From Nitrospirota bacterium (GTDB lineage Bacteria; Nitrospirota; Thermodesulfovibrionia; Thermodesulfovibrionales; Dissulfurispiraceae), in NCBI GenBank assembly GCA_963790025.1, contig CAWBMP010000005.1:256001-320000 (forward strand): a DNA stretch of 64,000 nucleotides, given 5' to 3'. The first letter of the stretch is position 1, and every line of letters begins with the position of its first letter. The notes beneath the pieces are model-generated. The model ran no database searches. It was given only the letters and a program-made list of their open reading frames with translations, and was not told where the DNA came from. Below, piece after piece: positions 47,868 to 58,543 of the stretch. The position numbers and the translations under genes are program-made.

Positions 47868-48770
47868 TTCTTCTTGATTTTTGTCCGTTGAAATCTCAAC
47901 GGCGAACCCGCTCTTGTTGAAGAGTGCATGGAATAATTTAATGGAGCTGATCTGGCCGAGAAGATGTTTCTTCGCCAGCAGTGCGACTGCCATTTTGTGA
48001 TAGTCATCCTCTTTTATCGTCTCATCCTTGTGCACTTCTATATATACTTTGCCTTCCTTTATACCTATCTTTACCGGTTGGCGGACAATAGTGACCCTCG
48101 TTCCTATGGACACCATCCTGAAAAGTTTTGGAATATCCTCGGGATAAAGCCTGAGACATCCATGACTCGCCTTTCTGCCGACAGCAAACGGCCTGTCTGT
48201 TCCATGAATGAGAACGGATGGCAGCGAAAGCCGCAGGGCGTGGGACCCCATGGGATTGTTGGGACCAGGTGGAACAACAAGGGGCAGTTCAGGGTGTTCC
48301 TTTCTTATTGATGCCGGCACATGCCAGGCCGGCTTGACAATCTTCTCCATGACCCTGAATGAGCCTACTGGGGTCTCCGTCCCCTGGCTGCCGATTCCGA
48401 TCGGGAAGGTGGTAATGTGTGTTTGGCTGCCCTTTCCGGAAAAGAAGTATAGCCTTAATTCCGAGAGATTGATAACAATACCGTTATAGACCTTAATATC
48501 CGGCAATATCCACGACGTAGGTATTAGTACGGACTCGCCTGCTCCCGGCAAAAAAGGATCGAGGGCTGGATTTGCATCGACAATTGCATTGTAGCCGAGG
48601 TCGAATTTCCGGGCCAGTTCTATAAGCGACTCGCTTTTGTCCGTAATCGTATAAGTCCCTACAGTTCCGATAACTGTGGCATCTTTATTATATAGATATC
48701 CTTCTGCAAGTGCCGCCGAAGGTACTGCAAAAATCATTATAATTGTCAGGAAAAACGCTCTGTTACTCAT
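47829..48770 (-). CDS. L,D-transpeptidase (ErfK/YbiS-like, with LysM-like domain)
   Basis: INLSELRLY, PPGPNNPMG, IHGT...ASHGCLRL. Confidence 0.93.
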   Translation of the reverse strand: MSNRAFFLTIIMIFAVPSAALAEGYLYNKDATVIGTVGTYTITDKSESLIELARKFDLGYNAIVDANPALDPFLPGAGESVLIPTSWILPDIKVYNGIVINLSELRLYFFSGKGSQTHITTFPIGIGSQGTETPVGSFRVMEKIVKPAWHVPASIRKEHPELPLVVPPGPNNPMGSHALRLSLPSVLIHGTDRPFAVGRKASHGCLRLYPEDIPKLFRMVSIGTRVTIVRQPVKIGIKEGKVYIEVHKDETIKEDDYHKMAVALLAKKHLLGQISSIKLFHALFNKSGFAVEISTDKNQEETPIEVALEGEPL

Positions 48771-48820
48771 ACCGATATGTATGATAAAAGACTTTCCGTT
48801 ATGAATGCAACAAGGTTATA

Positions 48821-48850
48821 GATAGTGGGTCTGTTTGTTTTTGCTCCGGA
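48821..48850 (+). repeat. Solo end of the MITE family
   Basis: GATAGTGGGTCTGTTTGTTTTTGCTCCGGA matches the right TIR of 52804..52975. Confidence 0.6.
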
Positions 48851-48910
48851 CAATTAATCTTGGGCTGTAATTGACAAAAAACTGTGTGGTATAGTTTAAT
48901 ATATGTTCTT

Positions 48911-48986
48911 GGGCGGATAGCTCAGCTGGGAGAGCGCAGCCCTTACAAGGCTGATGTCACAGGTTCGATCCCTGTTCCGCCTACCA
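48911..48986 (+). tRNA. tRNA-Val(TAC)
   Basis: Cloverleaf; anticodon arm CAGCC-ctTACaa-GGCTG; GGTTCGATCC T-loop; CCA end. Confidence 0.97.
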
Positions 48987-49059
48987 TATTACAGTGATCA
49001 TTGATGAAAGATCAGTGAACAGAAAGTAAAACGTGATTTTCTCTCACGGCTTTTAGATT

Positions 49060-49136
49060 GGGGTGGTAGTTCAGCTGGTTAGAACGCCTGCCTGTCACGC
49101 AGGAGGTCGCGGGTTCGAGCCCCGTCCGCCCCGCCA
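49060..49136 (+). tRNA. tRNA-Asp(GTC)
   Basis: Cloverleaf; CCTGC-ctGTCac-GCAGG; GGTTCGAGCC T-loop; CCA end. Confidence 0.97.
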
Positions 49137-49391
49137 GTTTCTTTAAATTACATCTATTTGATTTATAAGGGTTTGTAGTGATACAAGCCCTTATTTTTTG
49201 GCCCAAAACACCCCTATTTTGGGTGCAGTAATGGTGCAGTAAACGGGAAAATGGTTCTTTTTTGGGTTCCTTTCCCACGTGCCGGAATGTCTTGAAATTT
49301 CTGCTCTCTTAATCAAGACTCCATGTAAACTATGTCATACTCTTTTTTGCAAATTAGAAATAATATTTCTATAATGTAAAATGAAGGAAAT

Positions 49392-50324
49392 GGGGTCAGG
49401 TCTATAATGTTTTACATGTTCATGATGAATCTGATAAATTGGCTGTTATGGCTCGACCGTTGCGCATACAATATCCTGGCGCTGTATATCATGTTACTTC
49501 TCGTGGAAACGAGAAGAAGTCAATTTTCAGGGATGACGCTGACCGTGAAACATTCCTTGGGATTCTTGTCGATATCAATAGACGGTACAATTGGCTATGC
49601 CATGCCTACTGTCTGATGGATAACCATTATCATTTGATGATTGAAACGCCGGATGGAAATCTGTCCATAGGGATGAGGCAATTAAACAGTGTCTACACCC
49701 AGGCTTACAACAAAAAGCGCAACCGATCAGGTCATCTGTTGCAGGGTAGATATAAGGCTATTGTGATCCAGAAAGACAGTCATCTTCTTGAAGTGTGCCG
49801 ATATGTTGTGCTGAATCCGGTACGTGCGCACATAGTTGAACAGCCTGAAGATTGGAAATGGTCCAGCTACGGGGAAACCGCAGGAAAGAAAACGCCTCAT
49901 CCGTGTCTTACCACTGACTGGATACTAGGGCAATTCAGCGAGGAAAGGAGTGAGGCAGAAAGAAAATACCGTGAGTTTGTGAAATCAGGCATCGAACAAG
50001 AAAGTATTTGGAATGCTGTTAAGGGCCAGGTAGTTCTCGGAAAAGAAGAATTCGTTGATAGCCTGAATCATCATCTCAATAAACATAAGAATATTGCCGA
50101 AATATCCAAAACGCAACGGTATGTCAACAGACCCGGGTTGGATAGCATATTCAGCAAAAACATATTAATGGATAAAAGTCAGAGGGACAGCAAAATAATT
50201 ACTGCTGTCTACGAATTTGGATATACTCAGCGGGCAATCGCAAATCATCTCAATTTGCATTTTACATATATAAGCCGGGTTGTTCGAGGGCATGCAAAAA
50301 GGTAAATATTATAGACCTGACCCC
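49392..50324 (+). mobile_element. Element bounded by 17-bp inverted repeats, carrying an HUH Y1 (RAYT-like) transposase
   Basis: GGGGTCAGGTCTATAAT (49392-49408) and ATTATAGACCTGACCCC (50308-50324). Confidence 0.75.
49448..50305 (+). CDS. REP-associated/IS200-like tyrosine transposase with C-terminal HTH
   Basis: YHVTSRGN, CLMDNHYHL (HUH), RYVVLNPVRA, WKWSSY; C-terminal YTQRAIANHL HTH. Confidence 0.9.
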   Translation: MARPLRIQYPGAVYHVTSRGNEKKSIFRDDADRETFLGILVDINRRYNWLCHAYCLMDNHYHLMIETPDGNLSIGMRQLNSVYTQAYNKKRNRSGHLLQGRYKAIVIQKDSHLLEVCRYVVLNPVRAHIVEQPEDWKWSSYGETAGKKTPHPCLTTDWILGQFSEERSEAERKYREFVKSGIEQESIWNAVKGQVVLGKEEFVDSLNHHLNKHKNIAEISKTQRYVNRPGLDSIFSKNILMDKSQRDSKIITAVYEFGYTQRAIANHLNLHFTYISRVVRGHAKR

Positions 50325-50362
50325 GTTCCTTGTGTGACGTTTCACTTTCACCTTGAGCAGTG

Positions 50363-51118
50363 ATGGCCGAACGAACTCAATTTTGCCTGCCTGTTTTTTT
50401 GGCATTTGTTCTATTTATTAACGCCCCTGAGGCGCTCGCCGGGCCTCCTTTTATAACAGATGATCCTGAACCTGTCGAGTATAAGCATGGAGAATTCTAT
50501 GTCGCCTCACAGGCAAGCCATAATGGTAATGGAACATCAGGCACACTGCCGCACTTTGAATGCAACTATGGCCCGATGCCGGATGTGATGCTCCACGTGA
50601 TAGCGCCTTTTGCCTATAACAGACCACATGGAGGTTCGATGCAATGGGGGTACGGAGATACGGAAATCGGACTCAAATACCGATTTGTTGACGAAACGGA
50701 GGATGTTCCAATGCTGGGAATTTTTCCTCTTGTGGAATTGCCCTCGGGAGACGGTTCGCGAGGGCTTGGAAATCACCTAACCAGATTTTTTGTACCGCTC
50801 TGGGCGCAAAAAAGTTTTGGACGGTGGACTATTTATGGCGGTGGAGGCTATTGGTATAATCCCGGACCTAACAACAGGAATTACTGGCAGACCGGGGCGG
50901 TAGTACTCCGTGACCTTTCTAAAAGCATTGCGGTCGGCGCGGAAGTTTTCAATTTTACTGCAAAAACAGTTGGTGCGCAGAACGAGACGGGTTTCAATAT
51001 AGGCGCGATCATAAATATCACGGCAGACCATCATATCCTTTTTTCGGCGGGACGTGATTTTCACGGAGCCGACATAAATACTGTTAATACTTATGTTGCA
51101 TATCAATTCACTTTTTGA
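50363..51118 (+). CDS. Putative outer-membrane beta-barrel protein
   Basis: Signal peptide; amphipathic strands; C-terminal YVAYQFTF beta-signal. Confidence 0.7.
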   Translation: MAERTQFCLPVFLAFVLFINAPEALAGPPFITDDPEPVEYKHGEFYVASQASHNGNGTSGTLPHFECNYGPMPDVMLHVIAPFAYNRPHGGSMQWGYGDTEIGLKYRFVDETEDVPMLGIFPLVELPSGDGSRGLGNHLTRFFVPLWAQKSFGRWTIYGGGGYWYNPGPNNRNYWQTGAVVLRDLSKSIAVGAEVFNFTAKTVGAQNETGFNIGAIINITADHHILFSAGRDFHGADINTVNTYVAYQFTF

Positions 51119-51160
51119 TTATTAAGAGAAAAAACATGAATTTCTTGTCCATTTTCGTCC

Positions 51161-52306
51161 ATGAATGCAGCTGATACAGGTGTGAATAAACGGGCAACCG
51201 GTAAAGGTTCCGTTACCGCAGTGGCTGGACTTTTTCTAAAACTGGGCACAATCGCGTTTGGCGGCCCTGCGGCTCATATCGCAATGATGCAGGATGAGGT
51301 TTGCCGTCGACGGAGATGGGTGAGCGAACAGAGATTTCTGGATCTTTTGGGAGCAGCCAACCTGATTCCGGGCCCGAGTTCGACCGAGATGGCCATTTAT
51401 CTCGGCTACGAAAGGGCCGGATGGAAGGGTCTCATTGCGGGTGGAGTTTGCTTTATCCTACCAGCCATGCTCATTGTATTGGGTTTTGCATGGGCCTATG
51501 TTCAATATGGGACGACGCCCCAGGTTGTCTGGCTTCTGTACGGAATCAAACCCGTTATTGTTTCGATCATTGTTCAGGCATTATGGAAGCTTCTCCAGAC
51601 TGCGGTCAAGGGCCCATTGCTGGCATGCGCCTGCTTGGTGGTTCTCGGTTTGTATCTTTCAGGATTCAGCGCTGTTGCTCTTATTTTCGGAAGTGGGTTA
51701 CTGGTCATGGCAATTAAGAATGGCCGGCAGAGTTGGCGTTTGGGAGGAAGCAAGGGTGCTGCATTGGTTCCTGTGCCGTTTGCGCTGATGACCTTATTCC
51801 TAACCTTCCTGAAAATCGGCTCAGTGGTGTTCGGGTCGGGTTACGTGCTACTTGCATTTCTGCGCGATGATTTTGTTTACAACCTGCGCTGGCTTACCGA
51901 TCATCAAATTCTGGATGCAGTTGCGGTAGGACAGTTCACGCCGGGCCCCGTGTTCACAACCGCCACATTTATCGGTTATGTCTTAGGCGGTATTAAAGGA
52001 GCTATGCTGGCGACTCTGGGAATCTTCCTTCCCTCTTTTTTTCTAGCAGCGGCAGTTTTTCCCTTTGTCGGAATCCTGCGCAGCTCGCGCTGGGCAAGCG
52101 CTTTTTTGGATGGAGTCAATGTGGGTGCACTGGGCCTTATGGCAGGAGTTACGTTCCAGTTTGGGAGGGCTGCGATAATAGACATGCCTACTTTGGCGCT
52201 GGCCTTAATTTCAGTCTTTGTCATGTTCCGATTCAGGATTAACACTGCCTGGATCGTACTGGCAGGCGGCATCGCAGGACTGGTTTTCAAGCTCTTTTTG
52301 GTTTAA
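51161..52306 (+). CDS. chrA: Chromate efflux transporter (long-chain CHR)
   Basis: FLKLG..AFGG, IPGP; second repeat FLKIG..VFG, TPGP. Confidence 0.93.
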   Translation: MNAADTGVNKRATGKGSVTAVAGLFLKLGTIAFGGPAAHIAMMQDEVCRRRRWVSEQRFLDLLGAANLIPGPSSTEMAIYLGYERAGWKGLIAGGVCFILPAMLIVLGFAWAYVQYGTTPQVVWLLYGIKPVIVSIIVQALWKLLQTAVKGPLLACACLVVLGLYLSGFSAVALIFGSGLLVMAIKNGRQSWRLGGSKGAALVPVPFALMTLFLTFLKIGSVVFGSGYVLLAFLRDDFVYNLRWLTDHQILDAVAVGQFTPGPVFTTATFIGYVLGGIKGAMLATLGIFLPSFFLAAAVFPFVGILRSSRWASAFLDGVNVGALGLMAGVTFQFGRAAIIDMPTLALALISVFVMFRFRINTAWIVLAGGIAGLVFKLFLV

Positions 52307-52326
52307 TGTAAAACTGGTCCACTAAT

Positions 52327-52752
52327 TCATGCTTCTTCACCGTGAGGGACATCTCGCATGCGTTTGGTTGCACTGCGCTTGTGTTTCACCTCAAGTCTGC
52401 GCTCCCGTGATCCCCTGGTGGGCGAGGTCTTCCTGCGCGGTTTGGGCCGCTCAGCGGCCTTTCGGATGAGTTCGATCAATCGTTCCACCGCAGCCACCCG
52501 GTTCTGCTCCTGGGTACGGAATTGACGCGCTTCGATAACGAGGACGCCGTCTTTGGTCATACGGTTTCCAGCAACTCTCACGAGGCGCTGCCGGACTTCT
52601 GCCGTAAGGGAAGTAGAACGTGCCGCATCAAAACGTAGCTGCACTGCCGTAGCGACTTTGTTGACGTTCTGTCCACCAGGACCCGAGGAACGGACAAAGT
52701 GCAACTCGATCTCGTCTTCATTTATGGAAATATTGTCGGTAACAAATATCAT
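52327..52752 (-). CDS. arfB: Alternative ribosome-rescue peptidyl-tRNA hydrolase
   Basis: RSSGPGGQNVNKV; basic C-terminal tail. Confidence 0.95.
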   Translation of the reverse strand: MIFVTDNISINEDEIELHFVRSSGPGGQNVNKVATAVQLRFDAARSTSLTAEVRQRLVRVAGNRMTKDGVLVIEARQFRTQEQNRVAAVERLIELIRKAAERPKPRRKTSPTRGSRERRLEVKHKRSATKRMRDVPHGEEA

Positions 52753-52803
52753 GCAATCAATATTAACACATTGCGAAAGCCACTATAAGGGTCTGGCTCT
52801 TGC

Positions 52804-52975
52804 GGTAGTGGGTAAGTTTGTTTTTGATCTGGATCACCTGAGTTATCCGTAGTGGGCTGGTAACGCCCAGCCCACATATGGAAAAATGGCTGCCAGAGAT
52901 AATTATCAGTACATACCAGTGACTGGAACCCAAAGACTATTTGAATCCAGAGCAAAAACAAACTTACCCACTATC
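52804..52975. mobile_element. 172-bp MITE with 31-bp TIRs and an 8-bp target-site duplication
   Basis: TIRs GGTAGTGGGTAAGTTTGTTTTTGATCTGGAT / ATCCAGAGCAAAAACAAACTTACCCACTATC; GCTCTTGC duplicated at 52796-52803 and 52976-52983. Confidence 0.85.
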
Positions 52976-53066
52976 GCTCTTGCCTCCCAAACACGAGTTT
53001 TTAGTATATAATCTTTAGTATATAGCCAATATGCTATTACCTGTATGTTAAGAGGGAGGATATCCT

Positions 53067-54698
53067 ATGCTATCGACACGAAAACTTACGGAGTTGCCGT
53101 CATGGAAGGCGCTCGAAGACCACTACCGGAAGATTCAGGGCGTCCACCTTCGGGAACTATTTGCCGGCGATTTGCAGCGTGGCGAGCGATTCGCTGTCGA
53201 AGCATCCGGCATTTACCTTGATTACTCCAAGAACCGCATCACAGGTGAAACCCTTCGGCTTCTTTTCCAACTCGCTGAGGAGTGCGGTCTGCGCGAACGG
53301 ATCGATGCGATGTTCCGCGGAGAGGAAATTAATATTACCGAGAAACGTGCTGTGCTTCATATAGCTCTGCGTGCACCCCGGAATCAGTCGATCTTTGTTG
53401 ACGGTGAAAACGTGGTGACCAAGGTTTACAAGGTACTTGACAGGATGGAGGATTTCGTCAATCGCGTCAGGAGCGGAGAGTGGAAGGGACATACCGGCAA
53501 GCGTCTCCGCAATGTCGTAAACATTGGTATTGGTGGCTCTGACCTGGGTCCGGCCATGGCTTACGAAGCGCTGAAGCATTACAGCTCGCGCGATATGATT
53601 TTTCGTTTCGTTTCGAACGTGGACGGAACGGATTTTACCGAAGCGACGCTCGACCTCGATCCGGCAGAGACCCTTTTTATCGTGTCATCGAAGACTTTTA
53701 CAACCCTGGAGACGATGACGAACGCACACACTGCCCGTCGGTGGACGCTGCAGGCGCTGGGTGACGAGCGTGCCGTAGCGCGGCACTTCGTTGCCGTCTC
53801 AACCAATGCCGAAGAGGTGGCAAAGTTCGGCATTGACACCGCGAATATGTTCGGGTTCTGGGACTGGGTCGGTGGTCGCTACTCGATGGATTCAGCCATC
53901 GGGCTTTCGACCATGATCGCTGTCGGAGCCGAAAACTACCGGGCGATGCTCGCCGGTTTCCATGCTATTGACGAGCATTTCCGCACCGCGCCGTTCGAAG
54001 GGAACCTGCCGGTGCTAATGGGACTGCTCGCTGTTTGGTATAATAACTTCTTCGGTGCGCAGACTGTGGCCGTGCTGCCTTACGACCAGTACCTCAAACG
54101 TTTCCCGGCCTACCTCCAGCAGTTGACGATGGAGAGCAACGGCAAGCACTCAACGATAGACGGCTCACACGTCGATTACGAAACAGGCCCTATCTTATGG
54201 GGAGAGCCGGGCACCAATGGCCAGCATTCATTCTATCAGCTTGTCCACCAGGGGACGAAGCTTGTTCCTTGCGACTTCATCGGCTTTTGCAGAACGCTGA
54301 ATCCTGTGGGCAAGCATCACGATGTGCTTATTGCTAATCTTTTGGCGCAAACCGAGGCTTTGGCATTCGGCAAGACGGAAGATGAGGTCAGGGCGGAGGG
54401 AACACCGGAGTGGCTGGCTCCCCACCGCGTCTTTGAGGGCAACCGTCCTTCGAATACTATTCTCTGCGAGAAGCTGACGCCGGAGATGCTCGGTAAACTT
54501 GTTGCGCTTTATGAGCATAGTGTATTCACTCAGGGAACGATTTGGCTTATTGATTCCTTTGACCAGTGGGGGGTTGAGTTGGGCAAGGTCCTGGCGCAAA
54601 GAATCATTCCGGAACTTGAAAGCGCCGATGAGCCGCAGGCCGGGCACGATAGTTCGACCAACGCTCTTATGCGTCGCTACCGCAGGCTTAAAAAATGA
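53067..54698 (+). CDS. pgi: Glucose-6-phosphate isomerase
   Basis: [39 protein letters not shown]. Confidence 0.97.
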   Translation: MLSTRKLTELPSWKALEDHYRKIQGVHLRELFAGDLQRGERFAVEASGIYLDYSKNRITGETLRLLFQLAEECGLRERIDAMFRGEEINITEKRAVLHIALRAPRNQSIFVDGENVVTKVYKVLDRMEDFVNRVRSGEWKGHTGKRLRNVVNIGIGGSDLGPAMAYEALKHYSSRDMIFRFVSNVDGTDFTEATLDLDPAETLFIVSSKTFTTLETMTNAHTARRWTLQALGDERAVARHFVAVSTNAEEVAKFGIDTANMFGFWDWVGGRYSMDSAIGLSTMIAVGAENYRAMLAGFHAIDEHFRTAPFEGNLPVLMGLLAVWYNNFFGAQTVAVLPYDQYLKRFPAYLQQLTMESNGKHSTIDGSHVDYETGPILWGEPGTNGQHSFYQLVHQGTKLVPCDFIGFCRTLNPVGKHHDVLIANLLAQTEALAFGKTEDEVRAEGTPEWLAPHRVFEGNRPSNTILCEKLTPEMLGKLVALYEHSVFTQGTIWLIDSFDQWGVELGKVLAQRIIPELESADEPQAGHDSSTNALMRRYRRLKK

Positions 54699-57244
54699 GT
54701 GAATCAAAACGAGTCAGCAGTCCCATACACCGATTTCTTCCCTTTGAGGTCGATGGCTTCGATTCTCTTGTAGAGCTTGCCATGGACCTGCGCTTGTCGT
54801 GGGACCATCAGGCCGGCGAGGTATGGCAGCAACTCGATGCGGTGCTCTGGGACCTGACGCAGAACCCATGGGTCGTTCTTCAGACCGTCTCCAGGGACCG
54901 ACTTCAGCGCGTGTTGGATGATGCCACCTTCCGTAAGAAAGTCGATGACCTTTTGCAGGCAAAAAGTGAAGCGGCAGAATCGCCTTCCTGGTTTTCGCAA
55001 AATCATTCGGGTACCCAATTGAACAGCGTCGCTTATTTCAGTATGGAATTCATGTTGAGCGAGGCACTCCCGATCTATTCGGGTGGACTTGGTAATGTAG
55101 CCGGAGACCAGCTGAAGGCTGCAAGCGATCTGGGAGTTCCGGTAATCGGCGTGGGGCTCCTCTATCAACAGGGCTATTTCAGACAGGTAATAGACAGAAA
55201 TGGAATGCAACAGGCCCTCTTTCCCTATAATGATCCCGGTCAATTGCCTATTACGCCTTTGCGTGAGCCCGACGGAGAGTGGCTGCGTTTGAAAGTTGCG
55301 CTTCCCGGTTACTCCATGTGGCTGCGTGCCTGGCAAGTTCAGATAGGTAGAGTGAAGCTCTACCTTCTGGACAGCAATGATCCGGCGAACTTCCCGGCCC
55401 ACAGAGGAATTACAAGCGAGCTATATGGAGGCGGGCCTGAGCTGCGCCTTCTGCAGGAGCTGACACTAGGTATCGGAGGGTGGCGGCTGCTCAACATGCT
55501 CGGCATCAAACCCGATGTCTGCCATCTGAATGAAGGACATGCTGCTTTTGCGGTATTGGAGCGTGCCCGGTTTTTTATGCTGGAGACAGGGCAACCTTTC
55601 GAAGTTGCACTTGCCGTTACTCGTGCCGGCAACCTTTTCACTACCCATACAGCGGTCGCCGCAGGTTTTGATCGCTTTTCTCCTTCCCTTATGGAGCAAT
55701 ATCTCGGCAGATACGCCGGTGATAGGCTGGGCATCCCGTTCCATGACCTATTGGCCCTGGGCCGCCAGAACCCCAATGACTCCACGGAATACTTCAATGT
55801 GGCCTATCTCGCCCTGCGAGGGAGCGGGGCGGTCAACGGGGTGAGCCGATTACACGGACAAGTCAGTCGACGCATCTTTCAGCCCCTCTTTCAACCTTGG
55901 CCGGAGGTCGAAGTGCCGGTCGGGCATGTTACTAACGGGGTCCATATGCCGACCTGGAATTCAGAGGAGATCGAAGTACTTTGGACAGGGGCCTGTGGAA
56001 AAGAGCCCTGGATGGGTACCGTGGAAACCCTGGAAGAGAACATCCGTAACGTTTCCGATTTTATGCTCTGGAATTGCCGCACATCCGCCCGTGAGTCTCT
56101 GATCAAGTACATGCGGGAACGGTGGTCCCGGCAGGTGGCTGTATCGGGAGGGACGCATGAAGAGATTGAAAATGCCAGAAATATATTCGATTTCAACACA
56201 TTGACACTGGGCTTTGCCCGCCGTTTTGCGACCTACAAGAGGCCTAATCTGCTGCTGCATGATCCTGAACGGTTCCTTCGCATACTCTGCGATTCTCAAC
56301 GTCCCGTGCAGCTTGTCATTGCGGGCAAAGCGCACCCTGACGATCACCAGGGACAGGCCATGATTCAGCAATGGACCCAGTTCATTCGCCGGCCTGAAGC
56401 GCGCAATCATGTAGTGTTTATCAGCGACTACGATATGTTGTTGACCGAACGTATGGTGCAGGGCGTGGATGTCTGGGTCAATACACCGCGGAGGCCCTGG
56501 GAAGCATGCGGAACGAGCGGCATGAAGGTGCTTGTCAATGGAGGAATTAATCTTTCAGAACTTGATGGCTGGTGGGCTGAGGCCTGGTCGCCGGAAGTCG
56601 GGTGGGCCTTGGGTGACGGGAAGGAGCATGGTGATGACCCTGCCTGGGATGCTGTCGAAGCTGAGGCACTCTACACTTTGCTCGAACAAAATGTGGTCCC
56701 CGAATTTTACTCGCGTGATCAAAACGGCATCCCTGCCGCCTGGGTAACGCGAATACGTGAGAGTATGGCCCGGCTGACGCCGCGTTTTTCCGCCAACCGG
56801 GCTGTCATAGAATATACCGAGCACTACTACATTCCTGCTGCCGAGGCATACCGCGAGCGTGCCTCGGGAAAATGCGCTGAGGGTGCTCAGATAGTGGAGT
56901 GGCAGCATAATCTGGCACAGAAATGGACCAATCTGCGCTTTGGGGAAATTAAAATTGAAACTGACCCGGAACGGCACTTGTTTGATATCCAGGTGTATCT
57001 AAACGGCCTCGATCCCGACTCTGTTCGAATAGAGCTTTACGCGGACGGCTTGGACGGCGGCGACCCCGAGAAGCAGGAGATGATGCGCGGTAAGCAACTC
57101 GTCGGCGCAGAGAATGGCTATACTTACAGCGCGATGGTGCCGGCGACCCGACCGGCTGCAGATTATACAGCGCGGGCGCTGCCTTACCATCCCTGCGTTG
57201 CGGTGCCACTGGAAGCTGATCAAATCCTGTGGCAGCGGTGGTGA
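54695..57244 (+). CDS. glgP: Alpha-glucan (glycogen/maltodextrin) phosphorylase
   Basis: [30 protein letters not shown] (PLP lysine). Confidence 0.96.
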   Translation: MSESKRVSSPIHRFLPFEVDGFDSLVELAMDLRLSWDHQAGEVWQQLDAVLWDLTQNPWVVLQTVSRDRLQRVLDDATFRKKVDDLLQAKSEAAESPSWFSQNHSGTQLNSVAYFSMEFMLSEALPIYSGGLGNVAGDQLKAASDLGVPVIGVGLLYQQGYFRQVIDRNGMQQALFPYNDPGQLPITPLREPDGEWLRLKVALPGYSMWLRAWQVQIGRVKLYLLDSNDPANFPAHRGITSELYGGGPELRLLQELTLGIGGWRLLNMLGIKPDVCHLNEGHAAFAVLERARFFMLETGQPFEVALAVTRAGNLFTTHTAVAAGFDRFSPSLMEQYLGRYAGDRLGIPFHDLLALGRQNPNDSTEYFNVAYLALRGSGAVNGVSRLHGQVSRRIFQPLFQPWPEVEVPVGHVTNGVHMPTWNSEEIEVLWTGACGKEPWMGTVETLEENIRNVSDFMLWNCRTSARESLIKYMRERWSRQVAVSGGTHEEIENARNIFDFNTLTLGFARRFATYKRPNLLLHDPERFLRILCDSQRPVQLVIAGKAHPDDHQGQAMIQQWTQFIRRPEARNHVVFISDYDMLLTERMVQGVDVWVNTPRRPWEACGTSGMKVLVNGGINLSELDGWWAEAWSPEVGWALGDGKEHGDDPAWDAVEAEALYTLLEQNVVPEFYSRDQNGIPAAWVTRIRESMARLTPRFSANRAVIEYTEHYYIPAAEAYRERASGKCAEGAQIVEWQHNLAQKWTNLRFGEIKIETDPERHLFDIQVYLNGLDPDSVRIELYADGLDGGDPEKQEMMRGKQLVGAENGYTYSAMVPATRPAADYTARALPYHPCVAVPLEADQILWQRW

Positions 57245-57250
57245 GAGTAT

Positions 57251-58543
57251 TTACTTGTCTCTTGATGTCATAAGCAATATGCCTTGTCCCGGTCGCAGGT
57301 CGTACGAGAATGGCGATGGTACATAGTCGAGAGCATATTCCGGAGAGATATCGAGTATTGGAGCGCCCGCCTGAAGATATCCCTGAAGTGACTCTGTATG
57401 GAAATATTGCTTGTTGTAATTGTCTTTATTCAGAATTAAGAGTGATTCTTCATTTGTATAACCTGATGCCTTCCACATAAGCAGAATACCCGGGTTGTCA
57501 TAATGCAGCACAGTTGTGGGGGCCTCCTCCTGGAATACTGGATGACCTGACTTTGCCTTGTTGACGCTTGCTATGAAAGAAGTCAGATCAATGCCTGTTT
57601 CTTCCCAATCTTCAGGTCTGGTTTTTACCACGTGCAACTTCTTGCGGAAGCCGAATTCGAACCCCATCGGCATCATAACGCCGCATGAAAACAGGGCAGA
57701 GAACAGATAGCGTTGTTTGAGCCCTTCGATATTTCCGCCCAATTCTTCGCAGAGCCTGACCGTATCGTGGCTCTCGGGGAAGCTGACGGAAGGGGCTATT
57801 TCCCGTGTAAGGACATATTGTTCCATCAACCATGGGTTGTTGAAGTCCCACCATTTTGAACTGTTGAAAATATAATCGAAACCGGCGGCGGCGGTTTTTC
57901 GTGTCAGGTCGGGCGGGCATCCGAGTGTTTCCGCGAAAAAAAGTGTGTCGGGATATTTTTTCTTTGTTTCGGTGATGAGTCTTTTCCATAGACTTCCGGG
58001 CAGTTGATACGCAGCATCGCACCGGAATCCTTTAAAGCCCAGATCGGAAAGAAAACATATCACGCTGAAAAAGTATTGATAGAGTCCTTCTTTATCTTTT
58101 GTATTTACGTGGTCAAACCTGGCCAGGTCTTTCCAGACCACTTTTTTACCGTCTTCATCTGCAAAGGGATGAGCAATTCGTCCGTCGGCTTCCCAAAGAA
58201 ACCATCCCGGGTGTGATTTTATAAGGTCCGAATCCGTGGAACAATGGTTGATCACCAGGTCCACCATCACCTTCAGCCCGAGTTGTTCTGCAGCCCGGAC
58301 CATATCTTTCACCTGCTCCTGGGGTTTCTTTTCACTTTCAGAGTCAATGAACAGCGGATTGAAATCAAGATAATCCGCTATAGAGTAAAGACTCCCCGAA
58401 GTCCCCACACGCTGGATGGGATTGACAAAAATCCAGTTGAAGCCCATTTCGGATGCCCTCAAAAAATGACTGCCCCAGCCGGTAAACTTTCCTGCCAGCA
58501 GGGGGAAGAGGTTATAGATGATCATTATTTCGGGTTTTTTCAC
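57251..58543 (-). CDS. GH13 alpha-amylase-family enzyme, cytoplasmic
   Basis: DLVINH, GFRCDAA, FAETL, ESHDT catalytic regions; no signal peptide; GTG start overlaps the upstream stop. Confidence 0.88.
   Translation of the reverse strand: MKKPEIMIIYNLFPLLAGKFTGWGSHFLRASEMGFNWIFVNPIQRVGTSGSLYSIADYLDFNPLFIDSESEKKPQEQVKDMVRAAEQLGLKVMVDLVINHCSTDSDLIKSHPGWFLWEADGRIAHPFADEDGKKVVWKDLARFDHVNTKDKEGLYQYFFSVICFLSDLGFKGFRCDAAYQLPGSLWKRLITETKKKYPDTLFFAETLGCPPDLTRKTAAAGFDYIFNSSKWWDFNNPWLMEQYVLTREIAPSVSFPESHDTVRLCEELGGNIEGLKQRYLFSALFSCGVMMPMGFEFGFRKKLHVVKTRPEDWEETGIDLTSFIASVNKAKSGHPVFQEEAPTTVLHYDNPGILLMWKASGYTNEESLLILNKDNYNKQYFHTESLQGYLQAGAPILDISPEYALDYVPSPFSYDLRPGQGILLMTSRDK

Noticed and set aside
52804..52975. 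MITE as a substrate of the nearby HUH transposase
   Set aside because: An 8-bp target duplication points to a DDE enzyme, and the ends share only GGGT(C/A)AG with the transposase IRs.
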